Assembly: GCA_964501035.1 (NCBI GenBank)
Contig: CAZCRK010000002.1
Coordinates: 1-64,000, forward strand
DNA: 64,000 nucleotides
Direction: 5' to 3'
The translations under genes were made by a program, and so were the position numbers. The stretch's first letter is position 1; the number at the start of each line of letters is the position of its first letter. The notes under the pieces were generated by a model. That model ran no database searches. It saw only the letters and a list, made by a program, of their open reading frames with translations, and had not been told where the DNA came from. Positions 10,069 to 19,844 of this stretch are shown one piece after another.

Positions 10069-11119
10069 ATTTATTAAATTCTAATGTAAATGTAGTCCCT
10101 TTAGAAATTTCACTTTTAACATGTACTGTGCCATCTAGAAGTTCAGTAAACCGTTTTACGATACTTAACCCCAAACCAGTTCCAATGCGTTCTTTTTCTT
10201 TTGCTTCTGAAGTACGATAAAATTCTTTAAAAATATTACCAATATCGTTTTTATTAATTCCAATTCCATTATCTTGAATCTTAATTAATATAGTTTCATT
10301 TTCATCCTGTACATCTATTGTAATGTATGCATTATTTCCAGAATAACGAACCGCATTGGAAATTAAGTTTGATAGAATCTTTTCCATGAGTTCAGGTTGG
10401 GTAATCAGTTCTAAATCTTCTGAACAGTTTAAGTTGATATTTATTGCTTTTTGTGTATGCTCATTTTCCACTAGATGAATTGCAAACTCAATCAACTTCT
10501 TAATATTTATTAAGGATTTATCGACTACCGAACGCTCTCTTCCTTGGGTCATATCTACAATATCTTTTACAGTATCTAAAACTTGTTTAGTTTTTGTAAT
10601 AGATTTATTAATAAGTTTGTTAGCACGAACATCTAAAGTATTACTTGAAATAGACTTAATAGTCTCTAACGCACTTTGAATCGTTGATATTGGAGATTTC
10701 ATTTCATGAGCAATGAATCTAAAAAAGTCCATTTTAGCTTTATCCGTTTTAATAAGTTCTCGTTGCTTTTTATATAGTTTATCTCGCACTAATCTATAAC
10801 GTTGCATCATAGAAAATGCCATGTAAGCTGAGAAAGAAATAACCATCCAAAACATCAGTAACATCATTATCAAAAAGATTGGATCATGCATATGCTCACT
10901 ACTACTGAAAATATGGTAGTGTGTTGTTAATCCGAACAATTCACAAATTACTTCCAAACTAAATAAAAGTATTGCAAGACCAGCAATCTTGAAAACTTCT
11001 TTACCAGGGAAAATTAGACCTGCAATATACACATGAATAAAATAAATAAAGAAAATGGGATTTTCCGCACCACCAGAAAAATGCATAAGAACTGTTAAAG
11101 CAAACAAATCAACCACCAT
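10061..11119 (-). CDS. membrane sensor histidine kinase, probably 5'-truncated
   Basis: AHEMKSP H-box, NLISNAVRY, DNGIGI, GTGLGLSIV; begins mid-TM region with an in-frame stop about 13 codons upstream. Confidence 0.85.
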   Translation of the reverse strand: MVVDLFALTVLMHFSGGAENPIFFIYFIHVYIAGLIFPGKEVFKIAGLAILLFSLEVICELFGLTTHYHIFSSSEHMHDPIFLIMMLLMFWMVISFSAYMAFSMMQRYRLVRDKLYKKQRELIKTDKAKMDFFRFIAHEMKSPISTIQSALETIKSISSNTLDVRANKLINKSITKTKQVLDTVKDIVDMTQGRERSVVDKSLINIKKLIEFAIHLVENEHTQKAININLNCSEDLELITQPELMEKILSNLISNAVRYSGNNAYITIDVQDENETILIKIQDNGIGINKNDIGNIFKEFYRTSEAKEKERIGTGLGLSIVKRFTELLDGTVHVKSEISKGTTFTLEFNKYV

Positions 11120-11273
11120 CTGTAGTTTAATTATTTTGGATTCATTATAATTAAACTATATCGAACAATATAATTTAAACATAATAAAAGATATATAGGT
11201 AAAAATAAATAATTAAATAAAAGAATTTTTTTAATTCTATAGTTAAAACATGTGTTATTGTTTAAATTTTTCA

Positions 11274-11657
11274 ATGAGTAATAAGATGAAAAAAGAGAAT
11301 CTTACAAATGAGCAATTTGCTGTAACACAGTTATGCGGGACAGAACCACCATTTTCAGGTAAATTTAACAATCATTATGAAATAGGAATGTATCAATGTA
11401 TTTGTTGTGAGAAAAACTTGTTTGCATCCGAGACAAAGTTTGATTCGGGCTCTGGGTGGCCAAGTTTTTTTCAACAAATAAGTCCAAATGCTATACATAT
11501 GAAAGAAGATACATCAGCAGGATTAACTCGCACTGAAATAACATGTGCATCATGCGGTTCTCATTTAGGACATATCTTCAATGATGGTCCAAAACCCACA
11601 GGTAAACGATATTGTGTAAATTCCTTAGCACTAAAATTCAAGAAGGAAATTAAATGA
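11274..11657 (+). CDS. msrB: peptide-methionine (R)-S-oxide reductase
   Basis: GTEPPF, KFDSGSGWPSF, HLGHIFNDGP, RYCVNS; two CxxC zinc motifs; start uncertain (11250/11274/11286). Confidence 0.95.
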   Translation: MSNKMKKENLTNEQFAVTQLCGTEPPFSGKFNNHYEIGMYQCICCEKNLFASETKFDSGSGWPSFFQQISPNAIHMKEDTSAGLTRTEITCASCGSHLGHIFNDGPKPTGKRYCVNSLALKFKKEIK

Positions 11658-14020
11658 TTCATCCAATTTTGAAATGGTTATTTGTCCAATATAATAAACG
11701 TCCTTTGAAAAAAAAATATTTTCATGGCAGTATTAGCATTAAGGGTATTAAAAATGAGATAAGTGTTATTAGAGATACATGGGGTATCCCTCATATTAAA
11801 GCTGAAACTATCGAGGAGTTAATATTTGCACAAGGATGGGTGCATGCTCAAGATCGTTTTTGGCAAATGGAGTTAAATCGCAGAACAGGTCAAGGTAAAT
11901 TAGCTGAAGCTTTTGGTAAAGCGGCATTAGATACAGATAGACTAACTCGTACCCTTGGGTTTAATAGATTGGCACAAGAAGATTACAATTTAATGGATGA
12001 TGTTAATAAAAATTTACTTCATCAATATACAAATGGAATAAACTCATGGTTAACTTCGTCTAAACTTCCGATTGAATTTCTGCTTACAAAAATAAAACCT
12101 GAACCATGGACACCGATTGATTCACTCGCCTTTGGACGGGTTATGACTTGGACGTTATCTCATGGTTGGTCAGGGTCATTAACACGCCAAGATATTATTG
12201 AAAAAGTAGGGATAGAAATGGCAGAGGAATTGGCGATTTACTATCCTGAGGATAATCCAGTTGAATTACCTGAAGGACTTTCGATAAATTTAAACGTTGA
12301 CAAAATGGTAGAGTCTGCAACAGGTCCATTTTTAAACAAAGATTTAGAGGGTGGGGGGCGAGGTTCAAATGCATGGGTAGTTACTGGCAAACTAACAGAT
12401 ACTGGAAGACCTGTCTTGTGCAATGATACACATTTGAAACTATCAACACCTGGAGTTTGGTATATCAATTATTTGAAATCTAATGATGGTTATAATGCTA
12501 CGGGTGCATCTCTTGCAGGAATTCCTGGTGTAATGTTAGGTCATAATGAGTTTACATCATGGGGAATGACGTTAGCATTTACTGATGTGGAAGATATTTT
12601 TATTGAAAAAGTTGATGTCACTGATAAAGAAAAGTATGAATATAAAGGGGAATCAATTTCTTTAGAGTCTTTTGAAGAAATTATTTCGGTAAAAGGAAAA
12701 CCAGACCATGTAGAAAATGTACGTAAAACAATTCATGGACCTCTCATCGGTGGGGTAACTGGAAGAGAAAAATTTGCACTTTCTTTGTCTTCAAAGTCGT
12801 TACAACCCAACCAAATTGTGCGTGGTTTTATGGAAATTAGTCAGTCAAAAAATTGGGATGAGTTTGTCATTGGAGTGAAACGAATTGAAGCCCCTCAACT
12901 TAATATTGTATATGCAGATGTTAAAGGTAATATTGGCCTTGCAGTTACAGGGAATATTCCAATTCGGAATAAAGGAAATGGCCAACTACCTGTTCCAGGT
13001 TGGAGTGGAGAATTTGATTGGGGAGTTGATATTCCACTAGATGAAATGCCTAAAGTTCTTAATCCTAAAGAAGGGTATGTGATTTCAACAAATAATGCAA
13101 TTGCAGATGATTCCTATCCATACTTCCTTGGAAACTCATTTATGAATGGCTATCGAGCAAAACGAGTAAAAAGTGTATTTGAATCTTCAAAACCAATTAC
13201 CCAAGATATTTGTAAGTCTTTGCATGGCGATGTATATTCAATTCCTGGTCAAGAATTCGTAGAAGGCTTGATAAAAGGATTTCGAACAGCAAAACCAAAA
13301 GCACAGAAGATGATTGATATTTTGTCAGATTGGAATTATGTTTTAGATACGGATTCAGTAGGGGGGACTGTATATCAAGTTGTTATATACTTCTTAGTGA
13401 GAAATATTGTTGAGCCAAAACTTGGAAAAGAGTTAACTGATAAATATTTGGGGGTAGGAGAACATCCTTTGTTACTTCCTGTTAGTGAGCTTTTGGGGCA
13501 TACTACACCAGCTTTGTTTAGAATGGTGCAAAATACAAATTCCAAATGGATAAAATCAGATAAGGAGTTATTTTCATTAATTGAAAACTCTCTAAACCAA
13601 ACATGTAATTGGCTTGAAAAACGGTTTGGCATTGATTCTGAGAATTGGAATTGGGGAGAAATCCATCAAGCACAATTTAGACATAGTTTGTCTATTCAGC
13701 CACCCATGGATAAAATTTTTGATATTGGTCCGTATCCAATTGGTGGAGATACAGATACGGTATGTCAAACAGCTTTTAACCCTTCTTCACCATACCACCC
13801 TACTGAATGGTGTCCATCAATACGATTTATCATTGATGTTGGAAATTGGGAAAATTCTCATATAATTTGCCCTCCAGGAATTAGTGGTATTCTTGGAAGT
13901 AAACATTACGATGATTTGGCAAACCTTTGGATAAAAAATGAATATATCCCGTTAAAGTGGAATTGGAAAAATATTGAAAAAAATGGTAGAAATCATCTTA
14001 AATTAGTACCACAAGGTTAA
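11654..14020 (+). CDS. penicillin acylase family (S45 Ntn-hydrolase)
   Basis: RDTWGIPHI, AQDRFWQM, catalytic GSNAW, NDTHL, NIVYADVKGNIG. Confidence 0.92.
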   Translation: MIHPILKWLFVQYNKRPLKKKYFHGSISIKGIKNEISVIRDTWGIPHIKAETIEELIFAQGWVHAQDRFWQMELNRRTGQGKLAEAFGKAALDTDRLTRTLGFNRLAQEDYNLMDDVNKNLLHQYTNGINSWLTSSKLPIEFLLTKIKPEPWTPIDSLAFGRVMTWTLSHGWSGSLTRQDIIEKVGIEMAEELAIYYPEDNPVELPEGLSINLNVDKMVESATGPFLNKDLEGGGRGSNAWVVTGKLTDTGRPVLCNDTHLKLSTPGVWYINYLKSNDGYNATGASLAGIPGVMLGHNEFTSWGMTLAFTDVEDIFIEKVDVTDKEKYEYKGESISLESFEEIISVKGKPDHVENVRKTIHGPLIGGVTGREKFALSLSSKSLQPNQIVRGFMEISQSKNWDEFVIGVKRIEAPQLNIVYADVKGNIGLAVTGNIPIRNKGNGQLPVPGWSGEFDWGVDIPLDEMPKVLNPKEGYVISTNNAIADDSYPYFLGNSFMNGYRAKRVKSVFESSKPITQDICKSLHGDVYSIPGQEFVEGLIKGFRTAKPKAQKMIDILSDWNYVLDTDSVGGTVYQVVIYFLVRNIVEPKLGKELTDKYLGVGEHPLLLPVSELLGHTTPALFRMVQNTNSKWIKSDKELFSLIENSLNQTCNWLEKRFGIDSENWNWGEIHQAQFRHSLSIQPPMDKIFDIGPYPIGGDTDTVCQTAFNPSSPYHPTEWCPSIRFIIDVGNWENSHIICPPGISGILGSKHYDDLANLWIKNEYIPLKWNWKNIEKNGRNHLKLVPQG

Positions 14021-14022
14021 TT

Positions 14023-14634
14023 ATGGAAGATAAAGAATTTAAAGAACCAAATTTTACAATAAATAAAGTGTACACACGTACAGGTGATTCAGGCGACACC
14101 TCACTTGTTGGGGGACAGCGATTACCCAAAGATCATATTCGTATTGAAGCTTATGGTGAAGTGGATGAGTTAATTGCCGTGATAGGTGGTTGTCGAGAAG
14201 AAGCACGTAACTATTTAAAGCAATCATCCGATGCATCAGTGTTAGTTGATAGTTTGCATCGAGTGCAACATGAGCTTTTTAATTTAGGGTCATCACTCGC
14301 AACATTGAATGAAGATTTATCTAACAATATGCCAAAAATTACAGAAAAACAAATTGATGCACTCGAAGCAGATATTGATACGGCAAACGAATCACTTTCA
14401 ACATTACATTCATTTGTTTTGCCGGGAGGTAATTCTGTTAATATTTGGTTACATATTGCTCGAAATGTTTGTAGAAGAGCAGAAAGAAGATGTGTTACTC
14501 TTCAAAGAGCTAATGCAATCGATGAAAATGCACTCAAGTATTTAAACCGATTATCCGATGCGTTGTTTGTCTGGAGTCGATGGGTAAATCATATATTAAA
14601 AAATGATGAAGAATTATGGAACCCTAATATATAA
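14023..14634 (+). CDS. ATP:cob(I)alamin adenosyltransferase, PduO type
   Basis: VYTRTGDSGDT, AYGEVDEL, FVLPGG, RNVCRRAER, YLNRLSD. Confidence 0.93.
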   Translation: MEDKEFKEPNFTINKVYTRTGDSGDTSLVGGQRLPKDHIRIEAYGEVDELIAVIGGCREEARNYLKQSSDASVLVDSLHRVQHELFNLGSSLATLNEDLSNNMPKITEKQIDALEADIDTANESLSTLHSFVLPGGNSVNIWLHIARNVCRRAERRCVTLQRANAIDENALKYLNRLSDALFVWSRWVNHILKNDEELWNPNI

Positions 14635-14662
14635 AAAAAGTCCGGCTTGACCGGACTTTTTT
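14634..14662. terminator. bidirectional intrinsic terminator
   Basis: AAAAAAGTCCGG-CTTGA-CCGGACTTTTTT between convergent genes. Confidence 0.85.
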
Positions 14663-14686
14663 ACTAATGTAATTCATTTCTTTAAA

Positions 14687-16489
14687 TTACTTATTCAATA
14701 GTCCAGCTTTCCTGTAAATATTCATTTGTACTTCTGAAAACTCTCCCTGAATCTCATTTCCAGAAGGGAGCATAATGTTACCTGTTTCTAAGTCAACTTC
14801 AATTTCTTGATTGGTTTCAAGTCCTGTTGAAACTAAATCAGCACGCACTATTGGATACCCTTTATTGATTGCATTTCTCTCATATATTGCACCAAATGAT
14901 TCAGCAATAATCATTGTAACACCAAGGCTTTCAAAACAATCTACAGCTTGTTGCCTAGAAGAACCGGCCCCAAAATTTTTCCCGGTAACAACAATATCTC
15001 CGGGCTTTACTTTTTTGGAAAAATCTTCATATCCAGATAAATTATCAAATGCGTATTGTCCCATTTCGTTAATGTCAGTAATGGTTAAATATCTATTATG
15101 GAAAATCATATCTGTATCAATATTATCTTGGTCAATCACCCAAACCCGTCCTTTAAACTTAGACTGTTTAGCATTCGCTTTAGAATCAGATTTCTGTGTG
15201 ATAACTGGATTACTATTTTTAGAAGAACTAAACAGAATAGGTGTATCAGGAATTTCATTAGACAGAGTAATCACTCCTGCTATTGCAGAAGCAGCAACAG
15301 CTTTTGGTGATGTTAAATACACTTCACCTTTACCCTGCTTACCTGCATAATTCCGATTACCTGTACTAACCGTGGTTTCACCAGGACCATTTTGTCCAAC
15401 CTGTCCTGCTGCACAACCCCCACAGCCAGCATTACTAACCAGCGCACCCGCTTCTTTAAATACTTTGATTAAGCCCTCATCCAAACATTGTTTCCATACT
15501 TCATCTGTACTTGGAACAATTTTTAAAACTACCCCAGGAGCAACTTTGTTTCCTTCTAGAATTTCAGCTGCAGCACGCATATCTTCAATTCGACCATTGG
15601 TACAAGACCCAATAAATGCAGAACCAATTTTCTTACCTGCTAAACTTTTAATATCTGTAACATCTTCAGGGTGTCCAGGTCTTGAAATTTGAGGTTCCAA
15701 CCCATCAACATCAATTTCAATAATTTTATCGTAAATTGCATCATTATCTGCTAGTACAGGTTCGATTTTTTCACCTCTTGCATTTGAACAAAAATCAAGA
15801 ACATCTTGATTTGGTGGAAACAATCCAATGATACCACCCATTTCAGTTGCCATTGAAGACATAGTAATTCTACCTGATAGATCAAGATTATCAATTGCTT
15901 CACCATAAAATTCGGCTGCATACCCTAAAAGTCCATTTGCACCCATAACTTTCAAGACTGCTAAGGTCAAATCTTTTGGAGTAGAAAGTTGTGAAGGTTT
16001 TCCTTTTAAAACCACTTTCATTGATTTGGGTACTTTGAACCATACCTTACCAAAAGCAAAAGCATGGGCAATATCCACATCTCCCATACCTTGTCCAAAG
16101 GCACCAATTGCACCTAAAATATTTGCATGTGAATCTGTTGAAACGAATGTGGAACCCGGAACTACTAAACCGGTATCTATGGCTAAATGCGTTCCAATAC
16201 CAGAGTCTATATCAAAAACTTGAATGGAATGCTCTCTCGCAAATTCTCTACAAATCTGCTGATTTGTAGCATATTTTTGGTCAGAACCACCTGGGTTTGT
16301 ATCAAATGTAAAAAATGTTTTAGATGAATCATCAATATCAAGATTATTTTCTCTTAAATTTTTTACAACATTTGCTCCACCAAAATCACGAGCAACACGA
16401 ACATCGATACCAATATCTACAATATCACCTGGTTTAACATTCTTGTTTGAATGTGATTCAATTATTTTTTCAATTATTGTTTTACCCAT
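14687..16489 (-). CDS. fused large+small subunit aconitase-family hydratase (LeuC/LeuD- or AksD/E-like)
   Basis: STDSHAN, IGSCTNGR, GCGGC Fe-S ligands; C-terminal swivel domain NIDTDMI..NFGAGSSRQQA. Confidence 0.9.
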   Translation of the reverse strand: MGKTIIEKIIESHSNKNVKPGDIVDIGIDVRVARDFGGANVVKNLRENNLDIDDSSKTFFTFDTNPGGSDQKYATNQQICREFAREHSIQVFDIDSGIGTHLAIDTGLVVPGSTFVSTDSHANILGAIGAFGQGMGDVDIAHAFAFGKVWFKVPKSMKVVLKGKPSQLSTPKDLTLAVLKVMGANGLLGYAAEFYGEAIDNLDLSGRITMSSMATEMGGIIGLFPPNQDVLDFCSNARGEKIEPVLADNDAIYDKIIEIDVDGLEPQISRPGHPEDVTDIKSLAGKKIGSAFIGSCTNGRIEDMRAAAEILEGNKVAPGVVLKIVPSTDEVWKQCLDEGLIKVFKEAGALVSNAGCGGCAAGQVGQNGPGETTVSTGNRNYAGKQGKGEVYLTSPKAVAASAIAGVITLSNEIPDTPILFSSSKNSNPVITQKSDSKANAKQSKFKGRVWVIDQDNIDTDMIFHNRYLTITDINEMGQYAFDNLSGYEDFSKKVKPGDIVVTGKNFGAGSSRQQAVDCFESLGVTMIIAESFGAIYERNAINKGYPIVRADLVSTGLETNQEIEVDLETGNIMLPSGNEIQGEFSEVQMNIYRKAGLLNK

Positions 16490-16512
16490 TAAAGATTCCT
16501 CAATTTATATGT

Positions 16513-16554
16513 ATCCTACAGCGATGCAAGATTAATCAATCATCGCTGTAGGAT
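16513..16554. repeat. perfect 14-bp inverted repeat (intra-operon hairpin)
   Basis: ATCCTACAGCGATG-N14-CATCGCTGTAGGAT between the dehydrogenase and aconitase genes. Confidence 0.8.
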
Positions 16555-16571
16555 TTGACTTTTATTAAATA

Positions 16572-17768
16572 CTATAGTTTTGCAATAACTGCATCTGCCA
16601 TTTCTTTGGTGGAAGCAGCACCGTTTTCAACAACATCAGCTCTACCTGACATTTTAGCCATATCATATGTTTGAACTTTGCCTTCAGAAATCACGTCTGA
16701 AACAGCATTTCTAATTTTCTTAGCAATGTCTTGTTCGTCAATAAAGTCTAGCATTTGGCAAGCGGTTTCAATCATTGCGATTGGATTTACTATCGAAGTT
16801 GGATAATCAGCATATTTAGGAGCAGAACCATGTGTAGGTTCAAACACACCAATACCTGTTTCAGGGTTAAACTGCGCTGATGATGCAAATCCCAATCCAC
16901 CAATTAAACCTGCAAATCCATCTGAAACAATATCTCCAAACATATTTCCTGCTACAATGACTCCATAATTTTCAGGATTTTTCGTTAACCACATCATTTG
17001 AGCATCAATATTTGTGTTCCAGAGTTCAATATCAGAAAAATCTGCTTTTTGTATCTGTTGTGCCATTTTATACATCATTCCAGATGTTTCACGAATCACA
17101 TTTGGTTTTTCACAAACCGTTACAGATTTATATCCATATTTTTTCGCATAATCAAATGCTGCCCGTAAAATTCGTTCTGTAAATTTCTTTGAGAAAATAC
17201 GCGTAGAAACAGAAATTTCTTCAACTGGGCACCAACCAAAGTTTTTGGAAAACCGTGGATGTGACATTAATGCATCATACACTGGAGCAGGTGGATTACT
17301 CCATTCAACACCACCATATAAGCCCTCTGTGTTTTGACGGAAAATAACTGCATCAACTAATGGTTCTTCAATTGTATCATTTGGACCCCTTCGAATGAAG
17401 TTTAAAGGATTACCCTTATACGATTTACATGGTCGCATACAAATATCTAAACCAAAATGTTGCCGAAGTCTTACAATTGGACTTGCATAAACTAATCCTT
17501 TTTCTTTTAATTCAGGAGATAGTTCATCAAAAGCTTCATCCTTTGGTTTTGACGTAATTGCTCCAAATAAAGCAATTTTATGTTCTGCAATAAGGTCAAT
17601 CGTTCGTTGGGGTAGTGGGTCTCCTTCATTGCACCAAAACTCCCATCCAATATCACCTTCCACATAGTTTGCATCAAACCCTGCAACATCTAAAACTCTT
17701 ATAGTTTCTTCAAGTACATTTTTACCAATACCATCACCTGGCATTGTAACAATTGTTCTTTTATCCAT
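16572..17768 (-). CDS. beta-decarboxylating dehydrogenase, homoisocitrate dehydrogenase-like
   Basis: PGDGIG, YASPIVRLRQ (cf. fungal Lys12 YSSPIVALR), RQNTEGLY, NMFGDIVSD, FEPTHGSAPKYA. Confidence 0.85.
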   Translation of the reverse strand: MDKRTIVTMPGDGIGKNVLEETIRVLDVAGFDANYVEGDIGWEFWCNEGDPLPQRTIDLIAEHKIALFGAITSKPKDEAFDELSPELKEKGLVYASPIVRLRQHFGLDICMRPCKSYKGNPLNFIRRGPNDTIEEPLVDAVIFRQNTEGLYGGVEWSNPPAPVYDALMSHPRFSKNFGWCPVEEISVSTRIFSKKFTERILRAAFDYAKKYGYKSVTVCEKPNVIRETSGMMYKMAQQIQKADFSDIELWNTNIDAQMMWLTKNPENYGVIVAGNMFGDIVSDGFAGLIGGLGFASSAQFNPETGIGVFEPTHGSAPKYADYPTSIVNPIAMIETACQMLDFIDEQDIAKKIRNAVSDVISEGKVQTYDMAKMSGRADVVENGAASTKEMADAVIAKL

Positions 17769-17829
17769 TATTTTATCCTTTTCTGAATATTAATTACTAC
17801 ATTATTTTACGCAATTTGTTATTATTATA

Positions 17830-19800
17830 TTAAATCTTTTCTTTCACCCAATTTTCCAGACCGCCAGTCAAAATTAACTCTTGTGCGGCTACTCCAACCG
17901 GAGATATAGCATACACTTTTTCATTTACCATTAATTCTGCTTTAGCAAAATTGAGTGTTGAAGTTAATCCTGTTTTTACCGTGAGTTTTTCTTCACCAAA
18001 TTGAGATTTTAAATCATTCACCAGTTCAGGTGCTTCGATTACTAAAAATCCATTATTGATTGCATTTCGTTTGTAGGTTTCGGAAAATGAACCTGCAAGG
18101 ACCATTTTAATTCCGCGATATTTTAGAGCAGTGGCGGCCTGTTCGCGAGATGAACCTGACCCGAAATTATATCCACCCACAACAAAATCACCTTCTTTAA
18201 CTATATTGCCAAATTCAGTGTCATAATTTTCCATCACAACTTCTGCCTGTTGCTCTGGAGTAAAATCATCAATATAAGTGTATTTTCCGGGATAAATACC
18301 GTCAGTGTTCAAGTTATCTTGGTGGCAAAAAATCAATTCACCCGTTAATGATTCTGGAAAACCATCCATTATTGTAACTGATGCAGATCCACTTGTATTT
18401 TTATGATGTTTTTCCATTGTTCCAATCGGTTGAGTGTTGTCAAATCTCGCAGGCGAAGTAATTTCCCCTGCAATTGCCGATGCTGCAACCACAACAGGTG
18501 AGCCCAAATATGCTTTTGCGGATTTTGCACCCATTCTACCTTTAAAATTTCGGTTTGTTGCTGAGATTCCGATTTCATTTTCTTCTAATAATCCCACACC
18601 TAAACCGATGCACATTCCACAACCCGGAGGAATTGTTATTGCCCCAGCATCAACCAATTTTTGCCAATCACCTCGTCGTTCACTTTCGGCTTGAACTTCA
18701 CTTGACGCAGCAGCTACATAAAACTCAACACCATCAGCAACGGATTTGCCAGTGACAACTTCAGCCGCTTGGGCTAAATCCTCAACTCGTGAATTCACAC
18801 AGGAAACCAAATATGCTTTATCAATTTTCATATTCTTTGCTTCTGCATCTGTGATTGTCATTGTGGTTTTGAGGTTATCAGGACCAGCGATAAAGGGTTG
18901 AATTGAACCTAAATCGATAGTAAATGTTTTAGCATAATATGCATCTTCATCTGCTAGTGGGAGATTATCTAGTAATTCTTCTATGCGTATATGATTCATT
19001 CGTGGATGGAGACCATTTACAGAATCAATATCAGATTTTACACCTGCTAACCCACGTTCAGCAACAAAATCTGCACGATTTCTGAGCCAATCAATTGTAA
19101 TTTGGTCGATTGGGAACACACCCGCCAACGCACCCCATTCGGTGGTCATATTGGCAATAGTTAATCGTTGATCAATTGAAAATTGATGTAAACCGTCTCC
19201 GCTAAATTCCAATGCGTGATTGAGCGCTTCATCCTTATTGAAATGTCCACAAATGGCTAAAATCACATCTTTACCTGCAACACCCGGTTTAAGCGTTCCG
19301 TTTAACGCAACTTTGGCAACTGGAGGAACTTGCCACCATGTGCGACCTGTCGCCCAAAGTGCAGCCGCATCCGTACGGACAACCGGAGTTCCAAGAACAC
19401 CCAAACCACCATACATATTCGAATGACTATCAGAAGCAACCATCATTCCGCCTGGGAATGCATAACCTTCTTCACACATAATTTGATGTCCAATTCCACG
19501 ACCTGCAGGATAAAAATCTACACCCATTTCATCGGCAAAACTTTCAATTCCTGCATATTTCTTTAAATTGGCTTCGGATGTGTCTTGAACATTATGGTCA
19601 AGAGCATATACCGGCAAGCGTGGGTCTGCCATTTTGGTGGCACCAATGGATTTAAATTTATTCATCACCGCACCTGTATTATCGTGAGTCATACAGTGAT
19701 CTGGTTTAATAGATATAAAATCTCCACTTTTCACAGTATGTCCGTCTTCTAAGCCAACTGCATATTTTTGGGCTATTTTCTCAATTAAATTCTGTTTCAT
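17830..19800 (-). CDS. lysF: single-chain homoaconitase, fungal Lys4/LysF-like
   Basis: QNLIEKI, HCMTHDN, YPAGRGIGHQIM.EEGYAFP, ASDSHSNMYGG, WATGRTWWQVPPV, LVSCVNSR, GCGMC, LNTDGIYPGKYTY; ATG 19800 after GAGAGG. Confidence 0.85.
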   Translation of the reverse strand: MKQNLIEKIAQKYAVGLEDGHTVKSGDFISIKPDHCMTHDNTGAVMNKFKSIGATKMADPRLPVYALDHNVQDTSEANLKKYAGIESFADEMGVDFYPAGRGIGHQIMCEEGYAFPGGMMVASDSHSNMYGGLGVLGTPVVRTDAAALWATGRTWWQVPPVAKVALNGTLKPGVAGKDVILAICGHFNKDEALNHALEFSGDGLHQFSIDQRLTIANMTTEWGALAGVFPIDQITIDWLRNRADFVAERGLAGVKSDIDSVNGLHPRMNHIRIEELLDNLPLADEDAYYAKTFTIDLGSIQPFIAGPDNLKTTMTITDAEAKNMKIDKAYLVSCVNSRVEDLAQAAEVVTGKSVADGVEFYVAAASSEVQAESERRGDWQKLVDAGAITIPPGCGMCIGLGVGLLEENEIGISATNRNFKGRMGAKSAKAYLGSPVVVAASAIAGEITSPARFDNTQPIGTMEKHHKNTSGSASVTIMDGFPESLTGELIFCHQDNLNTDGIYPGKYTYIDDFTPEQQAEVVMENYDTEFGNIVKEGDFVVGGYNFGSGSSREQAATALKYRGIKMVLAGSFSETYKRNAINNGFLVIEAPELVNDLKSQFGEEKLTVKTGLTSTLNFAKAELMVNEKVYAISPVGVAAQELILTGGLENWVKEKI

Positions 19801-19815
19801 ATATCCTCTCTTTTT

Positions 19816-19844
19816 AACCGCGAATTGCACTAATTGCGCTAATT
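19816..19844. repeat. 9-nt-period repeat arm (left IR of cassette 1)
   Basis: AACCGCGAATT-GCACTAATT-GCGCTAATT; inverted partner at 20041-20066. Confidence 0.8.

Noticed and set aside
11274..11657. Selenoprotein MsrB near selC
   Set aside because: The catalytic residue is Cys (RYCVNS, TGT); no in-frame TGA
14687..17768. leuCD/leuB leucine biosynthesis operon
   Set aside because: No leuA or ilv genes; the dehydrogenase lacks the IPMDH E..LL.LR motif and the context points to homo-tricarboxylates
14811..19566. Plus-strand ORFs opposite the aconitase and dehydrogenase genes, and similar short antisense ORFs elsewhere
   Set aside because: Shadow frames of well-supported genes, with no motifs or RBS
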